A DNA stretch of 64,000 bases from the human T2T-CHM13v2.0 reference genome, Homo sapiens. The notes below the pieces were generated by a model. The model was not told where the DNA came from and did no database searches. It was given only the letters and a program-made list of their open reading frames with translations. Position 1 is the stretch's first letter. Every line of letters starts with the position of its first letter. Position numbers and translations under genes: made by a program. The stretch is taken from NCBI RefSeq assembly GCF_009914755.1, contig NC_060934.1. One strand, written 5' to 3'. Of this stretch, positions 56,176 through 64,000 are shown one piece after another.

Positions 56176-56191
56176 TCACATCTTGAACCTC
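56176..56191 (-). CDS. CXCL12: CXCL12-beta terminal exon coding part: K-RFKM* (93-aa precursor)
   Basis: Pyrimidine-rich tract then caacag|G AGG TTC AAG ATG TGA. Matches the known SDF-1beta C-terminus. Confidence 0.98.
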
Positions 56192-58791
56192 CTGTTGACA
56201 AGAACAGAGGGAAACACCATTAAGGCAGGTTCCCCCCACACCCAGCCAGCTCCAGCAGGACAGCGGCCTGCGCGGAGGCCCTGGGGCCAATCCCTACTTC
56301 CAAGTTGCCACCTTGGCCATGCATCTCCCTTCAGAGGCCCTGCGACAACAGACGGGAGGGGAGTGCGAGACGCAGCCAGGCTGAAGCGGAGGGACCCATG
56401 GATGGCAGAAAGCAGAGGACAGACATGTGGCAAGCACTGGGCGTGGCAGACGCACGAAGGCACAGAGAGGCCCATCAGAGTGGTCATACGACGGGGACAG
56501 GGCACACTGCTTACCCGGCACCGGCGTGGGGCTGAGGCTCAGGATGCTGCTGCCCTGCATCCTGGCCTCGGCTGTCCCAAGAGGCACTTTCGTGGCTTCC
56601 AGTAACCCTTCGCCCTCGGGGCCTCTCAGCCAGGGGCCATGCCACCGTAGGTGGCCCCAGGTGGGACTGCTGGAGGTGGCACAGGGGTGGGTGCACAGGT
56701 GGCCAGGACCTCCCAGGAGGAACGCATGCTGGACAGAGCAGTGACCATAGCGCACCCCTCATTTGGCTCTGACTGGTGTGAGCACTTCCTAGTTTCAACC
56801 CACCAGGAATCCCGGTCAGGCTCTTCGCTCTTCCACGGCGACCCTGTCTTCAGCACTGGGTGTACCACCTGCTCCCAGGAGCTTCACAAGCCACTTGTAA
56901 ACCACAGTGAGCCCCCAGGGCACATACAGTCACATCAAGACATCAAGACAGGACGGACCTTGCATGCGTTCTCAAGGTGGGACCCACTCTCAGTCCCTGC
57001 AGACCCTGCTCCCCAGGAGTGGGATAGCAAGCAGTTTGTATCCTCAGGCAGCCTTAGCTGGGCCCTCTGTCCCTAGGGGGCCAACAGCTTTTCATACTGA
57101 CCAGGACAGACTGGCCACCCCTCCCCAGGCACAAAGCCCTGCTGCATGTGGAGTCCGAAGAATGCAGGCGAGTATGGGGGCACAGGTTTGCCCTCTCGGG
57201 GCGCTTTTGTCAAGAGTCCCATGGACTAGAGTGGCTACTGGCTTCCACGGGAAGGATGGCAGCCCCAGGCAGCCCACCCAACAGCTCTGTGCCTTAAGAG
57301 GTGGGGAGGGCAGAAGACTAGGGCACCCCTGTACCCAGGGCTCAGGCCTGTGACCCCCAGTGCTGGCAAGAGGAACGTGGGCCAGGAGAGTTGTCCAGGT
57401 AAAAGAGATAGCAGCGGGAAACAAAGGTCTTTGGCTGAAGCATCCTAGGACACCTCCCCAACGAGGAGAAGGCATGGCTGTGATCACAGGGAGCTCATTA
57501 AAGCTCAAGGGGACACCACGCTCCGGGACAGGGTGTGTCTGACATGCAGGGGTCTTTGTGGGTTTTCTCCTGAATTCCATGTGCTCCATCCTCCAACCAC
57601 TTTCTCTTTCTGCATTTATTAAAATTATGACCCAGGATCCGGGTGCAGGGTGGGCGGGTGTTTATGTGAGGTGGAGAAGGGCTGAGAAATTCAACGCATC
57701 CTTTTTCCGAGCACTACTGAAATGGGGTCCTTGCTCTTCCATCCTCCCGGTCCAGATTAGAGAAACTTGCCAAAAAATCTCACACATACATCTACATGGG
57801 CAGGGAAGGAGGGTGCAGGAAAGTTCCTAGAGCTTAAGTGGTATTTGCTTTAGGCAGATAAGGTATTTCCCATGAATGAGGACAGAGGCAGCTGTGCCCT
57901 GCAGCTGGAGCACACGCCATCACGCAGGAGGCGGGAGGGGACAGGCTGGGATCCCCAGGGATTCAGGACCCTTGCAAAGTTCCATAGCACATCTGTCCTC
58001 CACGTGGGGGACCCGTTTAAAGACTCTAAAGAGAATTGCCCAAAGAGGAGCTCCCTGAGAAGTGTTTCCACATCTGCTCTCTGAGAATGCAGCATTCCCT
58101 CGGGCTCACCCCACACAGTTTGCAGAAACCCACCCGGGCTTGGGGATAAAGCCACTCCCACAACCCAGGAAGGAGGGGCTGAAGAAGCCCCTTCCCAGGT
58201 GGCAGAGTGCTGGAGGGAAAGGCAATGGGTATTTGGAAAAAGCCAGGGCCCATTCCTAAGGGTCAGTCAGTTTTCACCTTTCCTGAGGGCCACAGAGGGG
58301 TGGCACACCCCCTTCCTGGCGAGGCCACCTCTGCTGGGCTAGCAGGTTGCCCTGCACACTGGCCAGGTGGCCACAGCCTGGTCTCCACAGGAATGCAGAC
58401 TGCAAGTGTGTGGAGCTGGTGAGCTCCCCAGTGAGCGCAGGCCTTCTAAGAGAGGAAGTGGAGGGCAGGCTGGGGGGCTCAGCAACCTGGGCATTCCTGG
58501 AGCTCCCAGGCTATTCTGGACAGAGTCCTGAGCACACAGGCTCCGCGTCACAGACCCCCGCCCCAGTCTCTGCACAACTACTTTCTTCATAACTTAGCAG
58601 ACCAACAAGGGCCTTAAAAAGCACATAAATACAGAAGCCGGTGTGGCTGGCAGGGCAGCAAAGCACTGCTCCCCCACGGAAGTCTGAGCCCCTGCCCAGT
58701 CTGCATGGGGGTCTGTCCTGGAGGAGGATCGAGCAAATTTACAAAGCGCCGAGAGCAAGTGAACTGTGGTCCATCTCGAGGTGGCAGATAA

Positions 58792-58885
58792 CTAGTTTTT
58801 CCTTTTCTGGGCAGCCTTTCTCTTCTTCTGTCGCTTCTTTTTTCCTATCTTTTCTTTTTTCCCCACTTTTTCTTCTCTGCGCCCC
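58792..58885 (-). CDS. CXCL12: CXCL12-gamma terminal exon: K-GRREEKVGKKEKIGKKKRQKKRKAAQKRKN* (119-aa precursor; basic heparan-sulfate-binding tail)
   Basis: Acceptor tttatctaag|G GGG CGC AGA. 94 nt = 1 + 30 codons + TAG. Matches the known SDF-1gamma tail. Confidence 0.97.
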
Positions 58886-59942
58886 CTTAGATAAAATTAG
58901 TAGAACCATTAATAATGTGGAAATAAACAAAAGTTCGTCTCAGTCTGCATAAGATTTAACACTGGCCCGTGTACTGGTTAAACTGTGCCTTCAGTCTCAG
59001 GCCTGGAGGCCCCTGGTCAAAGCACTGTTTATCAGTAATTCATTAAAATAAATTGGACATTTCCTTCCATTCAAACAAATGTTCAATGGGCTCCTAGAAC
59101 ACCTTTGTGAATGGGTTACAGCGACTGCCAATCTGCCAACCTGAACCTGATTCCCACTGGGGACAAGGAATCCACATCTCAGGGTACACCCAGGGCCAGG
59201 CTGGCCATCGTGGTCCTTGTCACCCCACCCTGCCCTGCTCTCATGGGACTTTTTCTTCTTCTCAATGCAGGGCTGAACTCTTAGCTTTCTCTAAGAAATG
59301 TCTGCATTTCAAATTGAATAACGTTTTGGAGGCTGCAGGCCCCAGGTTCAGACTGCCATTCAGAAGAGGAGAAAAAAGGCAGTGGTCCCACCTTCCCCTT
59401 TCTAGACGCCTGTGAACACTCCTGGGAATGAATGCGATTGTTCTGGAGAGCAAGGGAGAGAGCTGGTTAGCAGAATTTTATTAGAGCAACTGGCTCGTGA
59501 CTGTCACATTAAAATGATTCAAGCTGAATGGTATTTAATGATTTATGGGGTGAGGCCACCTGTCCCTGTGAAAGCTTCATATTAACCATGGCCTGGAGTC
59601 ATGGGATTTTTACATGGGAAAATGTAAAAGGTTGATATTACTAGGGTTGAGTCTCTGGGGATTACATGGGGAAGTTAGGAGAACCAAGGAGGAGGAGGGA
59701 GGGAAGACGAATTAGTGAGTCAAATATTATTCTTCAGAAAACCAGCACTGCTATTTCAATCGGGTTAAAAAAAAAAAAAAAAGATCCAAAAACTTGAGCT
59801 GCAGATCTAATCTGCTCGTGAGAAAAGCCCATACACTGTCACACATGGGCTGTGAGAAGGGGTCTCAGACACCTGACTGCAGGCAGGCTTAACTATATAA
59901 ACCAGAAACGTCTATAAGCTCCATCACTAACAACTAATGAAT

Positions 59943-60011
59943 TTTATTTCAGGTAAATAAATTCCCACATACAGTAGGACGTTTATACCATGAAACAATT
60001 AGCATTTTATT
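59943..60011 (-). terminator. Tandem polyadenylation signals of alpha/delta mRNA (AATAAA at 60011-60006 and 59948-59943)
   Basis: tttatt on the + strand at 60006-60011 and 59943-59948. Confidence 0.85.
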
Positions 60012-60601
60012 GCTAGTGCATATAATGTCACATTTGATACAATTTTAGTACAAGTGAAAAAATACACTGTGGCTAACATTGAAAAGCTGCAATCACATTT
60101 ATATATCATATATATTTCTTTACAAATTGCCAGTAGTTTGAGATAATAGAGAAGTATAAACTACTGACATTCATATGGCTCCACTTCAAATATATGAATT
60201 GTTCGACTATAAATATATTTTGAAATACATTTGTTTTCTAAAGAAACGTAAAAAAAAATGTGCACAAAAATATATATAAAAAAATGCCTTGCAAAAAGTT
60301 ACAAATACCACCAGGACCTTCTGTGGATCGCATTTATGCATGGAAATGTCACCTTGCCAACAGTTCTGATTGGAACCTGAAACCCTGCTGTGGCTTCAGG
60401 AGGGGGTAGTGGCAAGATGATGGTTTATTCACTGATTTTTTCGCTTCTGATTTCGGAAACCTCAGAGTTTGTTAGTGCCTCCATGGCATACATAGGCTTC
60501 AGAGGCAATCACAAAACCCAGTCACTCAAAGCGAGCTCTCAGATTTAAAATTGCATTTGATTCTGTAAAGACTTGTCTTTTGCGGGTAAGCAGGGGGACC
60601 A

Positions 60602-60758
60602 TTACACATCCCCAGGAGAGGGCCAGCTCCATTCTGGAGGAGGCCAAAGACGGATCTCACAGAGGGCCCGAGCTGTGGGGCAGGCCCTGGGAGGAGAGGG
60701 ATGCAGGGCACGAGCCCCAGCAATCACCCTCTTCCCGGCTGGTGCGGCGCTGATCAGG
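60602..60758 (-). CDS. CXCL12: CXCL12-delta terminal coding segment (N-LISAAPAGKRV...WPSPGDV*; 140-aa precursor), inside the alpha 3'UTR
   Basis: Acceptor ttctgtag|C CTG ATC. 157 nt = 1 + 51 codons + TAA, in phase with exon 3 AA|. Peptide matches the known SDF-1delta tail. Confidence 0.93.
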
Positions 60759-61485
60759 CTACAGAAATGAGAAGCAGAAGCAAGATTAAGCATGCTCTCG
60801 GAGTCGGGGAGAGAGTAGGAATAGCTGGGAGAGGGGTCTCTGAGCACAGTCCCAGTAATAGTGGCTTCTACATGGAGCCCACAGAGCCAATCACTGAGGT
60901 TGAAAGAGGAGGTGAAGGCAGTGGCGGCGCCCAGCCCCAGTCGGTATCTGAGTGCCACAGAGGCCTTCCTCTTGGGAGGGGCGCTGCTGCGGGAGCCTCA
61001 GTGTCTGAAGAAAGGACACTTTTTCCAGCTCCCTGTTAAGCCACCACCTGACTGTGCCCAGACTCCCCAGGGGAGCAGAGGAGATGCTCCAAACAAGCCA
61101 AATTCAGATCTTGAAGTACTCGTTGATTTAAAAAATGAGAATGAGAATGATGATGATTGTGATGATCATGAAGGAACTAACTGCTTGAAAATGCTGTTGA
61201 TAATACAATTTCTTTCTTAGAAAAACCCCAGTAATAAAAGTTCCAACGTGCACAGGTACAGGGCATGGATGAATATAAGCTGCAATATCATACCGTATGC
61301 TATAAATGCAGGGTCTAAATGCTGGCAAACCTCAGGCCCGATCCCAGATCAATGTGCCCACCCCACACACACACCTGGTCCTCATGGTTAAGGCCCCCTC
61401 CCCCACGTCTTTGCCCTTTCATCTCTCACAAGGTTTTAGTTTTCCTCGAGTGGGTCTAGCGGAAAGTCCTTTTTGGCTGTTGTGC

Positions 61486-61576
61486 TTACTTGTTTAAAGC
61501 TTTCTCCAGGTACTCCTGAATCCACTTTAGCTTCGGGTCAATGCACACTTGTCTGTTGTTGTTCTTCAGCCGGGCT
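61486..61576 (-). CDS. CXCL12: CXCL12 exon 3: [29 protein letters not shown]. The alpha isoform stops here (89 aa); beta, gamma and delta use the donor after 61490
   Basis: Acceptor tttcacag|A GCC CGG is in phase with exon 2 (GT+A = Val). Ends AAC AAG TAA. Matches the C-terminus of ORF 61486..61692. Confidence 0.99.
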
Positions 61577-63615
61577 CTGTGAAAACAGAATGGCAACAGT
61601 GTGCGGCTGCACAGGAGGAAGGCGCGGCTGCAACGTGTGCATCCGCTCCCCCAACACTCATCTAGGGCCCTCGCTGGCACCCCGTGCTCCACTTGGTACG
61701 CTCAGGCTCCAGAGGTGCTCGCGGTGTGCTGGGGAAAGCTCAGCGCTGGCAGTGCAGGAAGTTCCATTGCAGAGACATGGAAATGTGAACAGAAGTCTTT
61801 CCGGGGCAGTGCAGGGGAATTCATGTAAGGGAGCATTTGAGCTGCCTTTGAAGGATAAGTAGGAGCTTGGAGAGTAAATAAACGGGAAGGGAAAATCAGG
61901 AGCAAATACGCCAGGGGGGTCATCAAAGCATACAGAGGAAACTGAGGAAGGGGACGACAGGATGCTCTAGGCACCTGGGGAGGGGAGAATGGAGAGCAAC
62001 AGAGCAGAGGTTTATTTGGATGGGTCATCTTGATAGATATAGGGCCGACTTAAGGATGGGCATGAGGAAGCCTGGAGGAAGGAGGCCTGCCAGAAGTCAC
62101 CGCGGTCTGACCGGGAGGGTGACCAGCCAGGGAGGGGAGGGGCAGTGCAGGTGGCTTACCAGAAAATAGTTTCTAGAAAGATTTTACAAGTTCACTGAAT
62201 GTTTCTTGGTCTCATTTGTTTTTTAAAAGTTCACACTCTTAAAAGCTTCCCTACATGCAAACTCCTGGGGAAGGCCTGATTTCATCTCTCTGGATCTCTT
62301 GCCAGAAAGCCCTTTGGTGCCAGGTAATCTCATGCAGCCCAAGTACTTAAGGGTCTTGAGGACAGCTAAGCCCCAGAACAGTGGTTCAGGGGCACCCAGG
62401 GAGTCTTCAAGCAGCCTGTCCATTAGGTGAAGAGGGGTGCAGAGATGGGTGTGGCTCGGAGCAACCCACATTGGGGTCCAAATCTGGGGCCTATTCTTTG
62501 TTAATTTAGTGTCTGCTCAGACCTGAGAATTGTATTTGGCATCTTCAACTTCAAGGTGCATTTCCAGGCCAGTAAACCAGCATGATCAGTGCTGTAAAGC
62601 AGGTCCAAGCTAGCTAAATTGAGCATCTTTAAAATACTCTTCACAAGAGATAAAGTATCATGTTGTAGGCAAAGTACTGAAAAAACATTCATTTTCTAGG
62701 GCCCTAAAACATACTGTAAATAACAAACACATTCAAGGCAGTAAAGGGTTAACTCAAAACTAAAAACAGTTTTCTAAAATCAAAAGTAAAAACATTTGGT
62801 GTTGGGTGGAAAAGTCTTGGGAAAGTTGTAGCTTTGGTTCCAACTGCTGTCTCCCCACCCCATTTTTAGCACTAGAACTTCTGAGCAATCAAATCCTCTC
62901 CAGGAGACTCCCTGAGCCCTCGCTTCCCCGTGTTCAGACACAGGACCTCTTGAGCATGAGAGGGCTTTCAAGCACATGGCTTTCTTCCCGCATTTCTCCC
63001 GGTCTTCTGTACCCAGCTGAGATCTTCCTGTCTTGTGGATGTGTGATTTTGGTCTTTGTTTCCCAAATGAATAAAATCAAATGTTAGTGGCTGCCATCCA
63101 CACCAAATAACACCAAAACCTCATATGTTGTACTTGAGAAAATACAGGCAAGTGAGCTGAAAATGTTGAAGTTTCACCCAATGGTTAAAGAGGACTTAAA
63201 CTGCATTTGGGTCTTGTGAGTTAATGTAGGGCATCAGATCCCCGAAACTGGCAGGCCAGTTATCACTGTTATTAGCTAAGGGCTGGCTAATTTACTAGGC
63301 TTCAGCCAAAACCTTGGTGAAGCCCATAGTTTCTCCAGCATCCAGCTGTGCTGTGCTGAAGAACACAGGTTTGGAAAGAAGAGAGAACTACTACGAGCAC
63401 AGCAGGGTGCCCAGGCCAAGAGCGGCTTTTAAAATTAATGCCTGGTGGCATACTAAAGGTCCTCATGATAAGAATAGCTGCCACTAATTATGCCAAGTTC
63501 AAGGTTGGACACTTGGCTTGTCACCTCTACACCTTTAATAAGACTCGGGTTAGATGTTACTATGTTCGTTAGATGCAACTATGTTCGTTAGATGATGTTC
63601 AATTTCAAGACTTAC

Positions 63616-63733
63616 ACAATCTGAAGGGCACAGTTTGGAGTGTTGAGAATTTTGAGATGCTTGACGTTGGCTCTGGCAACATGGCTTTCGAAGAATCGGC
63701 ATGGGCATCTGTAGCTCAGGCTGACGGGCTTCC
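63616..63733 (-). CDS. CXCL12: CXCL12 coding exon 2 (118 nt): end of signal peptide and mature N-terminus with CXC motif
   Basis: Minus strand reads ctag|GG AAG CCC GTC...ATT GT|gtaag = (G)[38 protein letters not shown](V), the SDF-1 sequence. Canonical AG/GT boundaries. Confidence 0.99.
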
Positions 63734-64000
63734 CTAGAAGAGGTAAGGACAACAAGGCACTTTACTACCCTGCCAGATTTTGGTAATGTGTGTCTGGGCT
63801 GCAGCAGTTGGTGCAGCGATTAAGGATCAAGAGACGGCATCACTGGGGTAAGTTCCAGGTTACTGGTGTATGTTGGGAAAGGCCATCTCCTCAGGCAACA
63901 CAGTGAGTGCTGGCTGAGCTCAGGCTCAGCTTCTACAGGGCAAGGAGCCCAACAGGCCTGGGGAGAGCCGGAGCCTAGATGAGGGGGGAGATTAAATTAG

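Larger units (their letters stand above)
59915..61485 (-). other. CXCL12: CXCL12-alpha 3'UTR (~1.57 kb)
   Basis: Follows the alpha stop. AT-rich distal part with two AATAAA. 3' end is approximate. Confidence 0.88.

Noticed and set aside
55133-57589. Many overlapping 100-165-aa ORFs in the beta UTR and intron 3
   Set aside because: Expected in GC-rich, stop-poor sequence; no family resemblance.

Overview
Human-type genomic DNA covering the 3' part of CXCL12 (SDF-1) on the minus strand, plus about 53 kb of repeat-rich downstream intergenic sequence. Present are coding exon 2 (63733-63616), exon 3 (61576-61490; the alpha stop ends at 61486) and four alternative C-terminal segments: delta (60758-60602), gamma (58885-58792), beta (56191-56176) and a 103-aa isoform (55938-55736). 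The alpha and beta 3'UTRs with their polyA signals are also here. Exon 1 (signal peptide) lies beyond the right edge. The haplotype carries the SDF1-3'A (G801A, rs1801157) allele at 55657. Positions 1-51 kb hold nested L1, Alu, MaLR/ERVL LTR and DNA-transposon fossils and microsatellites. I see no convincing undescribed gene system. The best second-look items are the microhomology junction of the 103-aa isoform, a perfect 26-bp palindrome, several local duplications and a miRNA-seed cluster at the alpha polyA signal. Repeat subfamily names come from my memory of consensus sequences and their boundaries are approximate.
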